A DNA stretch of 64,000 nucleotides from a virus, in IMG/VR virus record IMGVR_UViG_3300045988_072096; one strand, 5' to 3'. The number at the start of each line of letters is the position of its first letter. Position 1 is the first letter of the stretch. The notes below the pieces were generated by a model, which did no database searches, was not told where the DNA came from, and was given only the letters and a program-made list of their open reading frames with translations. Shown one piece after another: positions 7,670 through 17,279 of the stretch. Both the position numbers and the translations under genes were made by a program.

Positions 7670-8122
7670 ATGGCAAAAGAAACTAAAAAAGTAGAGGTAG
7701 CAAAAACAGTAGTTGACGAAAACAATGTTCTTGACACAATCAAGAATGGTAACAAAATGCCCGATGGCTTGGCTGATGAAGTAAAGAACGAAATCGCCGA
7801 AGAGGAGAAAAAGAAGAAGAAGAGTATCCTCAAGGAGAAGATCTTGAAGGCCGGCTATTGGAACAAGAAGGAACTGCTGCAGTTGCGCCAGCGTCGTCGC
7901 GAGGAGAAGGCGACGAAGGAAGCTCTGACTCGCTCAAAAGAGCAGTTAGACAATTTGGCAAGTGGCAAAATCACGCCTGTCGAGTACGAAGAAGAGCTTA
8001 AGAAGTCTCAACAAGAGAAAGATAAGGCCGTTCGTGAGAGCAATGAGGCATATCGCAAAGAATTGCGTGAGCTTCAGAACTCTCTCGAAGGCGACTACGC
8101 CTGGGATTGGGACCGCTACTAA
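7670..8122 (+). CDS. Lys/Glu-rich coiled-coil protein (150 aa)
   Basis: Charged low-complexity sequence (EEEKKKKKSILKEK..). GC-richer than neighbours. Preceded by the conserved leader box. Confidence 0.75.
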   Translation: MAKETKKVEVAKTVVDENNVLDTIKNGNKMPDGLADEVKNEIAEEEKKKKKSILKEKILKAGYWNKKELLQLRQRRREEKATKEALTRSKEQLDNLASGKITPVEYEEELKKSQQEKDKAVRESNEAYRKELRELQNSLEGDYAWDWDRY

Positions 8123-8169
8123 AAGCTCGATTCATAAATTGAATTCAGATCATAGAACCTTTGAGTCAC

Positions 8170-8307
8170 ATGATTAAGTGGAAGGGAAAGTTTACGCCTG
8201 AAGTCTGGCATTATGCAGCAGTTGCGGAACGCCACAGACATGAATTGACATGTCATACAGAGCCTAGAGCCAGTTATGAATTCAGATGCCGAACTTACGG
8301 TAGTTAA
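8170..8307 (+). CDS. Possible 45-aa ORF directly behind an AGAACCTTTGAGTCA box
   Basis: Hand translation gives MIKWKGKFTPEVWHYAAVAERHRHELTCHTEPRASYEFRCRTYGS with a TAA stop. Confidence 0.3.
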   Translation: MIKWKGKFTPEVWHYAAVAERHRHELTCHTEPRASYEFRCRTYGS

Positions 8308-8714
8308 ATATAAGTCACATGATCAAAAGAATTGAATCTTAGCGAGTCATTGGAGCCTCGACGAGGTTAGTGTAGGCTAACTACGTCGACTGAGATGTAA
8401 ATCAAAAATGTTGAAAGCGACATGCAAGAGTCTTAGAGCCAGTCATATCACCGCTTATATTGAGCCAAATAAAGCCGTTTTAAAGCGTTATTAATCAATT
8501 GTGAAGTAGCTAATCACATGAGACCAAATAGCGTCTTAAAACGGCTTAAAACAGGCTTAAATCAAATGTTCTATCTGATCAATAGAACATTTACAAAGAA
8601 TAATAGCATGTATGAGGTAATTTACGAAGACGAGGGTTCGACTCCCTCATGGTCCACGTCTACATATACATTCTCATAAAATATAATTGATCCATCGTAA
8701 AACGAAAATTATCG

Positions 8715-8747
8715 CCAATGTGGTTCGTGAGAATAGCATTGGTTTTT
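8715..8747 (+). terminator. Terminator-like hairpin with conserved 14-nt loop (copy 1)
   Basis: CCAATGT / GGTTCGTGAGAATA / GCATTGG followed by TTTTT. Confidence 0.55.
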
Positions 8748-8890
8748 AACAAGGGCCATACTGGATTTGATTCGTAAAGGAAGTAAATACGTTAAGTGCT
8801 ACTATATAAATTCAACTGGCAACTATAATGTTGTAGACTACACACATGTAGCATGAGTGTAATCTGAGTGTTTCCTACTAAAGTGGAGGA

Positions 8891-8938
8891 AGATGTAATA
8901 CGATAGGCGTACATTGTGGTTCGAGCCCACTACATCTA
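8891..8938 (+). ncRNA. tRNA-like element lacking an anticodon arm (acceptor, D-like hairpin and T arm)
   Basis: Acceptor AGATGTA/TACATCT (7 bp). D-like hairpin TACG-ATAGG-CGTA. T arm GTGG-TTCGAGC-CCAC. Only CAT occupies the place of the anticodon and variable region. Confidence 0.55.
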
Positions 8939-8982
8939 CGAAATTTATTTGTCTATTGTTTATGAAAAGTTATTAGAGTAGT

Positions 8983-9013
8983 AATGCACGGTTCGTGAGA
9001 ATAGTGCATTTTT
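8983..9013 (+). terminator. Terminator-like hairpin with conserved 14-nt loop (copy 2)
   Basis: AATGCAC / GGTTCGTGAGAATA / GTGCATT followed by TTTTT. The loop is identical to copy 1 and the stem covaries. Confidence 0.55.
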
Positions 9014-9022
9014 AATTTGATT

Positions 9023-9475
9023 ATGAGCAATACAGGATATAAAGCTATGTTACGAGACAGAGTCCCGTACGTAGTAAATCTAGCATTACTATGGTGTAAT
9101 TCCAAAGGAAGCTGGATTAATCATGTTTATGAAACGCAAATCGCTATTTATGTGAATAAAAAAGATCGAGATGATGCCACACGAAACGTATTAGGTCTTA
9201 AAAAACATAATAAAGGATTTAACTTTCATAAATCTATTGATTGGGGTAACCTAAGTGTAGATGATAAAACCAAATGGGAAAACATCGAAGCGTGGGTTAC
9301 TTGGTTCCAAGTTCATCATATGTATATCAAATATATATGTGATTGTGCTTTAGCGAAAGGTGAAAAAATAAACACTATTAAAGAAAGTGTCAAAAAATAT
9401 CTTTCGTCCTCTGTTGATCCCAGTTTATGGGATAAATTGGTAACATTCTTAATTAATAATTTAGTTTATGAATAG
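9023..9475 (+). CDS. Hypothetical protein (track ORF starts at TTG 9017; first ATG is 9023); stops at TAG
   Basis: Clean ORF. The TAG stop at 9473-9475 overlaps the next ATG (ATGAATAG). Confidence 0.65.
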   Translation: MSNTGYKAMLRDRVPYVVNLALLWCNSKGSWINHVYETQIAIYVNKKDRDDATRNVLGLKKHNKGFNFHKSIDWGNLSVDDKTKWENIEAWVTWFQVHHMYIKYICDCALAKGEKINTIKESVKKYLSSSVDPSLWDKLVTFLINNLVYE

Positions 9476-9914
9476 TTTCCCCTATATTTTAACACAACGT
9501 CTAATGTTAGAAAAACTAAGATTGGGCGTAAACGTTGATGTTTCTAATGTAAATACTATGAGTAAAACTTTAACGGCGTTGCGTATCGCAAACAATCAAG
9601 GCGTTAATGCTGGAAAAGTGTATATACCAGAAGTATTTATTAGAGGCAATTCGTGGTCAAAACAAAATCAAAGAATCTTAGAATATTTAGCTTCAAGTAA
9701 GATATTTCAAAATAGAGCACTATGGATATATCGTAATATAATCATAACCTGCAACACAGATGAGTGGACTACAGGTGATGTCAAAATACGAATAGTTTCC
9801 AGCGCTATGAGATGTTTGTTTGACAAAGACGATTACATATATGTATGTGATTCTCTTTTAGCCAATATTAAAGATTTGAGAGAATGTTTGATAAACGAAT
9901 CGCTGCCATTTTGA
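9468..9914 (+). CDS. Hypothetical protein (148 aa)
   Basis: ATG ORF with a TGA stop. Confidence 0.65.
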   Translation: MNSFPYILTQRLMLEKLRLGVNVDVSNVNTMSKTLTALRIANNQGVNAGKVYIPEVFIRGNSWSKQNQRILEYLASSKIFQNRALWIYRNIIITCNTDEWTTGDVKIRIVSSAMRCLFDKDDYIYVCDSLLANIKDLRECLINESLPF

Positions 9915-10024
9915 GCAGCACCCGTGTCTCCAAAGAGAGTAGTGTTTAATCACAGCACGGGACATTATGAGCACCGTCTCTTACGTTAGTGACAGACTAA
10001 TAACCGGTTTAAAATTTGTTGATT

Positions 10025-10579
10025 ATGAAGAATCCTAAGATTACCCAAGAGGAGATTCGTCTAATCAAGGACGCAAAAGCTGGTAATATACTAGCTTTTA
10101 ATAAACTTTTTTATCGCTATAAAGGCTTCGTAGACAATGTGCTGTATCAGTACATTAAAGACTACGATGAAGCGAAGGACATTACTAATATAGTATTCCT
10201 TAAAGTTTATGAAAAACTCTCGACTTTCGTAGATTATGACTCCTTTGGAGGATGGCTACGAATTATTGCTAATAGAACGGCTATAGATTACCTGCGTAAA
10301 ATCGGGGACAAAAACAGAATGCTTGGAGATAATGACAACAAAGTGTCGCTGGAACAAATAGATTCTACGGAGCACGATGCGGTCAATCGAATTACGTATG
10401 AACAACTATTGAAAGAGTTTGACCAACTCAACCCAGTCCACAAGCAGATATGCCTGTTATTCTATAAAGATAATCTAACGGTTGATCAAATTAGTAAAAC
10501 TTTAAACATTTCACCTGGTACGATTAAGTCTATACTTTCTCGTACGAGAACAAAAATCATTAAACGCTTTAAACAGTAA
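10025..10579 (+). CDS. ECF-type sigma-70 family RNA polymerase sigma factor
   Basis: Region 2-like segment DEAKDITNIVFLKVYEKLSTFVDYDSFGGWLRIIANRTAIDYLRKI. Region 4-like HTH segment LTVDQISKTLNISPGTIKSILSRTRTKI. Confidence 0.85.
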   Translation: MKNPKITQEEIRLIKDAKAGNILAFNKLFYRYKGFVDNVLYQYIKDYDEAKDITNIVFLKVYEKLSTFVDYDSFGGWLRIIANRTAIDYLRKIGDKNRMLGDNDNKVSLEQIDSTEHDAVNRITYEQLLKEFDQLNPVHKQICLLFYKDNLTVDQISKTLNISPGTIKSILSRTRTKIIKRFKQ

Positions 10580-10580
10580 A

Positions 10581-11009
10581 ATGGCATTATTTTGGTTCAT
10601 TTGCGGGATATTGTTAATATGCGGAATCGCCCGATATAACGAATCCAACAAATTGTTCTGGACATTGCTGGTATCCTTCGTAGGTACCTTTGCTGCTGCA
10701 AGCATCATTATTGCAACATGTAATAACGACACGAAGAACGTTGAAGCTAATGTTAGCCCCACACAGTTGTATGTAAGCACACAACCTTCATCGCTTTACG
10801 CCATGGACATGACTTACGATACCACTTACGATGTACCTACAAATACATCAGTCACTGTGAGTAAGGATTACTACATTAGTAACAACGTTCTTTCGGACAG
10901 CAGAGTAAGTAACTTAGAAGACAAACCACCACAATCCAAACAATTATGTTACAATATTTCGATACCTCCTAAATTAAGTAAGTTTAATCCAATTAAAGAT
11001 TCATCGTGA
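10581..11009 (+). CDS. Two-TM membrane protein immediately downstream of the sigma factor
   Basis: Its ATG is 1 nt after the sigma factor stop. TM segments LFWFICGILLICGIA and LLVSFVGTFAAASIIIA. An anti-sigma role is inferred from position only. Confidence 0.65.
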   Translation: MALFWFICGILLICGIARYNESNKLFWTLLVSFVGTFAAASIIIATCNNDTKNVEANVSPTQLYVSTQPSSLYAMDMTYDTTYDVPTNTSVTVSKDYYISNNVLSDSRVSNLEDKPPQSKQLCYNISIPPKLSKFNPIKDSS

Positions 11010-11067
11010 ACTACTTGTATATCACAATGAGTTCACAAGTTATTAACATTAAAAACATTTATCAAAA

Positions 11068-12435
11068 ATGACAAACAAAAATAAGAAGAGCGTTATTCCT
11101 ACCGCTCCTAGAACTAAGAAGGAAGAGACCGTAAATAACGGTGAGAAGACAAACACCACCGTAGAAGTAATTGATGCAAAATCGCTGAAGAACTTGACTC
11201 AGCCTAAACAGCAAGCAGGTCTTGATGCAAACCATCAAGTAGACATGCTGATGGGCCTTAAGGCCTATTTCCACGACGATCCGTCTGCAGAGGCTAAGTT
11301 CGGCAAAGACCCTGTTGATAAGATCAACCGTCTAACAGCGATTGGTTTCGCCACAGCATTCGTACAAGAGGCCTTTAACGGTGATAACAACTGGGCAGCT
11401 ACAATGCGTACAGCACAGTTGGAGGAACTTAAGGCAGTAGCTCCGATGATCGGTTTTACGATCGATACGAAACTGCTTCCAAAGCCTGACGAGGCGGGTA
11501 ACGTAGTTGTCCCTGCAAAAGCTGTAAAGGTAACTAAGGAGACCAAGAAAAAGCTAGAAGCAGAGAAGAAGGTTATCAACTCTACGCCGATCATTGATCC
11601 AACTAAGATCGAAAACGAAGATCAGCTGAAACAGAGCTTGACCTTTATGTTGTCCGATCCGTCTGTACGTCGTCCCTATGACAGAATCGTACGTGCAACT
11701 GAGTTTCTTCGCTCCTATCAGCTTTTACAGGCCAATGGTAACGAGGATACCACTACTTCCACTAACAGTAAGTCCATATCAGATCTTCTTGAGGAAGTAC
11801 GCGTGCTAGTCGGAGAAATCCCATTCTCTACTGTAGGTCTCAGTCACTTCATTTACCTCAAAACTTCAGAGTCAAAGAGTCCAATATTCGCATTCTGTCT
11901 GTTGCGCAATGCGTCTAAGAATAAGGACACTGATGTTGTTCCTATAAACGACAATGTAATTGCAGCAATGGTTCGTACTCTGGTAAACTGGACAAACGAG
12001 CCTAAGCTTATTGAAGCTACTAAGAGTCTTGAGCGTGCTAAAGCAGAACTTGCTGCCGGTAACACAAATCAAGACTATGTTGATGCTGTACAGCACAATG
12101 TAGATTATCACAAAGAGATATTTGAGGCAGTTACAAACTGTCCAACAGACTTTGCAGACAACTTGCTTGACAACCTTAATAGTGAAGATACAGAGCTGCA
12201 TAAAGCTACATGTCTAGCAGAAAGTGGCATACTTAAGTCATACTATCCTTCATTGGAGAGTGTTGACGCAGCCGGAGAACAGAAGGATCAGCTAATGCAC
12301 GACATACAGCAGCGTGCGGGTATCATCACCAATCTGTTCCGCGATCCTCTCTCACAGGATATCCGATACAGTGAGACAAACCTCTCTTATGAGGCACCTA
12401 AAGCAGAAGAAAAGAAGGCTGAAGAAAAAAACTAA
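11068..12435 (+). CDS. Hypothetical protein (455 aa), probably abundant
   Basis: Long clean ORF, GC-richer than neighbours, preceded by the conserved leader box. Confidence 0.8.
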   Translation: MTNKNKKSVIPTAPRTKKEETVNNGEKTNTTVEVIDAKSLKNLTQPKQQAGLDANHQVDMLMGLKAYFHDDPSAEAKFGKDPVDKINRLTAIGFATAFVQEAFNGDNNWAATMRTAQLEELKAVAPMIGFTIDTKLLPKPDEAGNVVVPAKAVKVTKETKKKLEAEKKVINSTPIIDPTKIENEDQLKQSLTFMLSDPSVRRPYDRIVRATEFLRSYQLLQANGNEDTTTSTNSKSISDLLEEVRVLVGEIPFSTVGLSHFIYLKTSESKSPIFAFCLLRNASKNKDTDVVPINDNVIAAMVRTLVNWTNEPKLIEATKSLERAKAELAAGNTNQDYVDAVQHNVDYHKEIFEAVTNCPTDFADNLLDNLNSEDTELHKATCLAESGILKSYYPSLESVDAAGEQKDQLMHDIQQRAGIITNLFRDPLSQDIRYSETNLSYEAPKAEEKKAEEKN

Positions 12436-12530
12436 TTCAGTCCACTAAAGAGAAAATCTCAGCTTTAGGAGGACGAGTGAAACAATGGTGGGACAATGTT
12501 AAACCATATTAGAGATTATCAAAATCGATT

Positions 12531-12965
12531 ATGCGAAAGTTAACAACAATCCTATGCAGCATTGCCTTTGCATTATCAGGTATTTGCCTGGCAAAGATAA
12601 CAACTGCTAATTCTTCAACATCATCTCAAGTTGTGGCAGCTACTATGCCCGATATTAACTTGAATGATATAAAGTTGCCTAAAGACCTTACATTAGATCT
12701 ACAGCAACAGGATAGTATCCGTTCACCCGGCAAACCGGATACTGTCTATTTAGAAAAGCCGGAAGTAAAAACCAAAAAATCTAAGAAGGTTCGCGCACCT
12801 CGAAGAGTAGCAACGAAGACAGTCCACGTCCCAGTTGTCTATCTAATAACGCGTATGGATAACAAGGAAGACTCCATTAGTCATGACAGCCTACCGATCT
12901 ACAAAGTAGAGAAAATAGGAAAGATTGATCTAAAAAAGTTCAATTCCTCCATAGATATTAATTAG
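12531..12965 (+). CDS. Secreted or signal-peptide protein (144 aa); stops at TAG
   Basis: N-terminus MRKLTTILCSIAFALSGICLA. TAG stop at 12963-12965. Confidence 0.65.
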   Translation: MRKLTTILCSIAFALSGICLAKITTANSSTSSQVVAATMPDINLNDIKLPKDLTLDLQQQDSIRSPGKPDTVYLEKPEVKTKKSKKVRAPRRVATKTVHVPVVYLITRMDNKEDSISHDSLPIYKVEKIGKIDLKKFNSSIDIN

Positions 12966-15122
12966 TATTTTAGTTTTGGATTGTGCAGCTGTGCGCTACA
13001 TGATCCAAAACCTATGGGTAAGTACTTATAGTAGGTCTCATTAGCCTATGTACGAAATTTATACTTGATCCGAGAATATGTTAGCCGTCTCAAACGGTGA
13101 GATCACTCAAAAGGTAGGATGAAATGCATTGTATACTGAAAATATATAATGTAAGTAGGATTAGCGCTGTATCAGATCCTAGAAACCATATAACTGGACT
13201 TGTGAGAACCGTTTGGAGACAAGCTGGATGAAGAAGTATGGTTTTGAAACGCATAAGTCTCAAAAAGAGCATAATGAACCGTATCGGAATTATATTCAAT
13301 GATACTAAGAATATACGAACGAGACACGAGATGAACATATCTATCAATACTGAAAATTTATATTGTGGGAAATTACATACATGGTATGGTGTAATTTGCA
13401 ATGATATCAATATAAAACGAGAGTAAGTGACCAAAAATAGGTATGAGTATCACTAAAAATAGCTGTAGCATAGTGTTCCTTGGTTCCAACCCAAGTATGA
13501 AGGTGTGAAGAAAATACACAGATTGTTCTATATCATAAGGATAATACTTATGAAGTGTATCGTAAATATGCTGTCTATGTAAGTCCCTGCTGTTAGATTC
13601 AGCACATCTCCGTTGAAGGGGAGCCAGTGATGGGGTAAAACGACTGATACAAGATGAAGTGTGACCGACAGGCTTTTGTAGTTTATCGGTATATAAAAGA
13701 GAAACTACCAGGAGGGTAGGGCAGACCCTTAGTTAGGTTATGATAACCGTACATCGTAATCTATGCGCGATACGAGGCCGCGAACAAAGTCTGATATGAA
13801 TACACTAAGTTCAGTAAGCAGAATGATGTGTATTGGACATAGTATAAAAAACTATGCCAATTCCGGTGATTACGTTATAATCAAAAAACTCTTGATCAGA
13901 GAACAGATCACTTACGTAAGTCGATTCGACACTGTACACGCCAGTACTGCATGAGATCGCTTTCGTTTCAAGACAGATGATAGTTAGAAGGTTCAACTAT
14001 GTATACATATATTACAGTCCCTATGGGATAGAATCCGTTATACTGTAACTGCGTATACATTTTGAAATAAGATACTTCTTACAAAGATAAGTCAGCGATA
14101 AAATTAAGAATTAACATGTTTAACAAAAATTAGGTGTCCCCAGATAGCGAAAAACCTACGTTGTAAGTAGGGAGTAGTGAAGTCTGAAACCTGAGTACCA
14201 ACCGTTATATGTAACCAGAACTAAAGTATGGACAGCAAATCCATGCGTAAACTCTAAAGGTAGGCATAATACATGGAAATGATGGGCAGCTTTAAGGAGC
14301 TATGAGACGCAGTGCAATAGCGTATGCAGGTGATGTATCGAAAACATCTCTTACTATCCACTGTCTCTGGATGTGTAAGAAACTCTTAAAGTGGGTGACA
14401 AGTGAAAATGTATGAGTTGAAATCTCAATATTCGTGTACTATAAATAAATGAGGTAGAAACACCAAGAACAGAAAGTCCGTAGGATCGCAGATGCCCCCT
14501 GAAGGCATAGATCGTTCGATAATGAAACGTACTCCTTGCGTAAACAGCTACACACGCACGTAGCAAACAGGAAAACCGTCAACAGGACATCCTCCATGAC
14601 GTTAAACCGAAGGATGCTCAAACAGAATGTTTTTGTAGTTAAAATAGGGAAACTGTCAAAGATATTCAAGACATTGTGGGTTAAGATACATATTGCGCAT
14701 TAGTCCAATTGGAAATTTTGCCGATTGTCTAACAATCAGTATCAAGAAACGTACGGAAGATCTTCGTACAATATTTATCTATAAATAAATATGGCATCGT
14801 ACATAAACGTAGATGTCTAAAACAAGATTGATTTCTTCATAGCAGCATTCAAAGCTTTACCGAAATACAGACGATGGGCTTAGCCAATCATACCGTTTGA
14901 TTCCCGTTGTGCAATTGAGCTTCATTTTAAGGAATATAAAACACAACTATATCTGTATAAAGCGTGGTTCCCATTAGCACACCAACTGTATGCAAGCAAT
15001 ATATTTAACATAAATACACCTAAGTGACTCTCCGAAGCAGTGTATTTTCTTTTTTTAATTAACATTATTAACAAAAAATATCGTTGGTTTAATCAAAAAC
15101 GATATCAAAAAGGATATTTTTT
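12966..15122 (+). other. 2.16-kb ORF-free, hairpin-dense region: candidate large structured RNA(s)
   Basis: Stops of all three kinds occur in every frame I checked. Only short low-complexity track ORFs are present. Many 5-9 bp hairpins and long-range complements occur. The strand is assumed from the flanking genes. Confidence 0.6.
14406..14898 (+). ncRNA. RNase P RNA-like candidate (hypothesis)
   Basis: GAAAGTCCG (14472-14480) resembles CR-I. ACAGA-CGAT-GGGCTTA (14867-14882) resembles CR-V. These two can form a P4-like helix, AAGTCCGT/ATGGGCTT. A 13-bp P1-like helix pairs 14406-14419 with 14885-14898. GTAAAC..AGCAA lies at 14540-14565. Confidence 0.3.
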
Positions 15123-15731
15123 ATGGCAACAACAACAATTAACGTAAACGTACAAAACGCCCTGTCGGGCAACCGTAACCCTATCTCATTGATGGGTGCT
15201 AACCTTGGTAAACAATTCTTCACAACAGAGGTCCGCGACTGTTGGCCCAACTTTGAGAAGGAAAAGAACACCATCCAAATGAACGATCAGAAGACGCTGA
15301 TCACTAATCGTTCACCTCGTCGCTATCGTATTAACGCTAAAGATATCTATGGTATCATAATCGATACCGATATCAACAACAATCCGGTGATCAAGATTAA
15401 TCCTCATAAGGACGGTCTTGCTGATGCCACCATCGCAATCTCTTCAGATATGAAGGATTACGGTGTAGTAACCGAAGAAGCTGTCAAGGAGGCATTGAAG
15501 AATGCTAACGATCCTAACTTGACAGTAACACACGCATTCAAGGATCCTCAGAAGCTGATCCAGTTTATAAATATGCTTAATCAGAGTGAGTACGAAAGTA
15601 TTCAGACTCTGATCGATGCTCTCTGCAAAATGCAGCAGAGTATCAAGTCAGCTATGGCTGATAACACAAAGAAAGTAAACGACTATATGGAACAACTCAA
15701 TAGTCGTGTGGACATCAACATTCATGACTAA
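15123..15731 (+). CDS. Hypothetical protein (202 aa)
   Basis: Clean GC-richer ORF with a TAA stop. Confidence 0.75.
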   Translation: MATTTINVNVQNALSGNRNPISLMGANLGKQFFTTEVRDCWPNFEKEKNTIQMNDQKTLITNRSPRRYRINAKDIYGIIIDTDINNNPVIKINPHKDGLADATIAISSDMKDYGVVTEEAVKEALKNANDPNLTVTHAFKDPQKLIQFINMLNQSEYESIQTLIDALCKMQQSIKSAMADNTKKVNDYMEQLNSRVDINIHD

Positions 15732-16306
15732 TGAAACGCTGCTTGTCACCTGGTTCGGTAGCACTCATCAAGTATTTGTTGAGTGACGAACGAATCTCTG
15801 ACAAGGTATTTAACAACACTAAAGATAAAGCTAAGTATAAATCGATAACTATCCGAGAAGATGGTACGATTATACTTGGCAAAACAAGTTGTCTTTGGTG
15901 GAATCAGTTATTGGCTTGTCAGGATAAAATTCCATTCAACGATTTTGCGTTGAAAGTATGGGACGCTTTGGTAAACCTCTCTACAGGAGGTAATTCTGAA
16001 GCACTTGAACACGGACTTAGTACTGAGATTGCGAACTTATCACAACGCGAAGGCGATTACGATAATTTGGTTCATCGTTTGGTGGACTGCTATGAACATG
16101 TATGTAATAACAAGGGAAAACTGCCTCTCGAGGGAGGCTCGGAGAAGTCGGATCTGGAAGGGACTCTTAAAAAGCATATTAATGTTCCAAGTAATATTGT
16201 AATCAACGTCGATGGAGTGAAAAAGAAAACTCTCTCTTTTAACGATAGTTTTGGTGATAAATGGATTGATGTAGACTTAGGAGTAACAGGAGTAAGTATT
16301 CGATAG
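15731..16306 (+). CDS. Hypothetical protein (191 aa); TAG stop backed by TAA
   Basis: ATGA overlap with the upstream gene. Ends in the tandem stop TAG TAA (16304-16309). Confidence 0.7.
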   Translation: MKRCLSPGSVALIKYLLSDERISDKVFNNTKDKAKYKSITIREDGTIILGKTSCLWWNQLLACQDKIPFNDFALKVWDALVNLSTGGNSEALEHGLSTEIANLSQREGDYDNLVHRLVDCYEHVCNNKGKLPLEGGSEKSDLEGTLKKHINVPSNIVINVDGVKKKTLSFNDSFGDKWIDVDLGVTGVSIR

Positions 16307-16613
16307 TAATTAAGGTAATTATATAAATCTTGCGGGATTTCGTGCTGTATTACCGAGGTATTTATAGCACATCTTACTGAGATTACTAAAGAGTATTTAT
16401 AAATGTTATAACTAATCTATATTACCATATATCAGCAAAATAGCGGCGTATCTATCCTAAACGATTTGTATTACAAATCAGAGCATTGTATCTGCGGATT
16501 TCAATGTTCAAGGGTAGATATGTCAATTTATTATACAGTTGTACGTATAATAAATACAGGTAGATGATGAACTCGAATTCAACTAACTGAAGTTTAATTT
16601 AAATCAAAACTAT

Positions 16614-17159
16614 ATGAATAAGACATCAATGAAATTGAATTCAAGTAACATTATTAACATTCGTAAAGATCTTTGTGAGAAGATAACGAAGTATTGGCGA
16701 ACTATCCGTAACGAAAACGTTATGTCAACTAAAGCAATTAAGGCAGGACTCGGTTCGGGTTGTGACCTTAAATCTCTGCATAATGAGATTACTCAGATGG
16801 CAGAAAAGCGTATCATAGTTAAAGGTATGCTGATGTATCTTAATATGGGCCTAAAGTTTGACTTGGCCGAATTTAAGAAGAGCAATAACTATGTTATTTT
16901 TGCAGCATGTGAGGCAAAAGAAGCAATTGCTCAACTCAAAATGATTCCTACTATCAACCCTGTAGAAAAATCGCAAAAAGGGCTAAAGGGTACTGGAAAG
17001 AAGGAAACATTCACTAGTGCAAAAATTGCACAATTGATAAAGAATCTTCAGTTGAAAGCGAACAAATATGACTCTCAATTGGAGAAATTTAATACAGAGA
17101 CTACAATCGATATTCCAGAAAGCTTATCTAATATGTTTAAGGATGATATCGCTGTATAA
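16614..17159 (+). CDS. Hypothetical protein (181 aa)
   Basis: ATG ORF with a TAA stop. Confidence 0.7.
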   Translation: MNKTSMKLNSSNIINIRKDLCEKITKYWRTIRNENVMSTKAIKAGLGSGCDLKSLHNEITQMAEKRIIVKGMLMYLNMGLKFDLAEFKKSNNYVIFAACEAKEAIAQLKMIPTINPVEKSQKGLKGTGKKETFTSAKIAQLIKNLQLKANKYDSQLEKFNTETTIDIPESLSNMFKDDIAV

Positions 17160-17279
17160 AATAACTCTGACTCGGTGTGAAGGACCTTATAGGTAACTAT
17201 AATTACAGATCGTGGCTGTAACGAGTCACTTCCCTTTTTCTCTAAGTAATAACATGTTTAATTAAAAATCATTATCAAA

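Noticed and set aside
8631-8657. T-arm-like GAGGG-TTCGACT-CCCTC plus ATGGTCC as the 3' half of a tRNA or tmRNA
   Set aside because: No complementary 5' acceptor strand (GGACCAT or GU variants) lies within ~500 nt. The only near match (8109) sits inside a CDS and has no D-arm context. It also overlaps a possible 53-aa ORF, so it is left unresolved.
13581-13675. A second RNase P-like pair, AAGTCC (13581) with ACAGGCTT (13668)
   Set aside because: The two are only ~85 nt apart, there is no enclosing P1-type helix, and the motifs are short enough to arise by chance.
13090-14669. Track ORFs inside the 2.16-kb desert (13090..13434, 13238..13426, 13763..13954, 13811..13996, 14354..14566, 14439..14669)
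   Set aside because: They are short and mutually overlapping on both strands, with implausible compositions and no leader box or operon context. The region is better explained as structured RNA.
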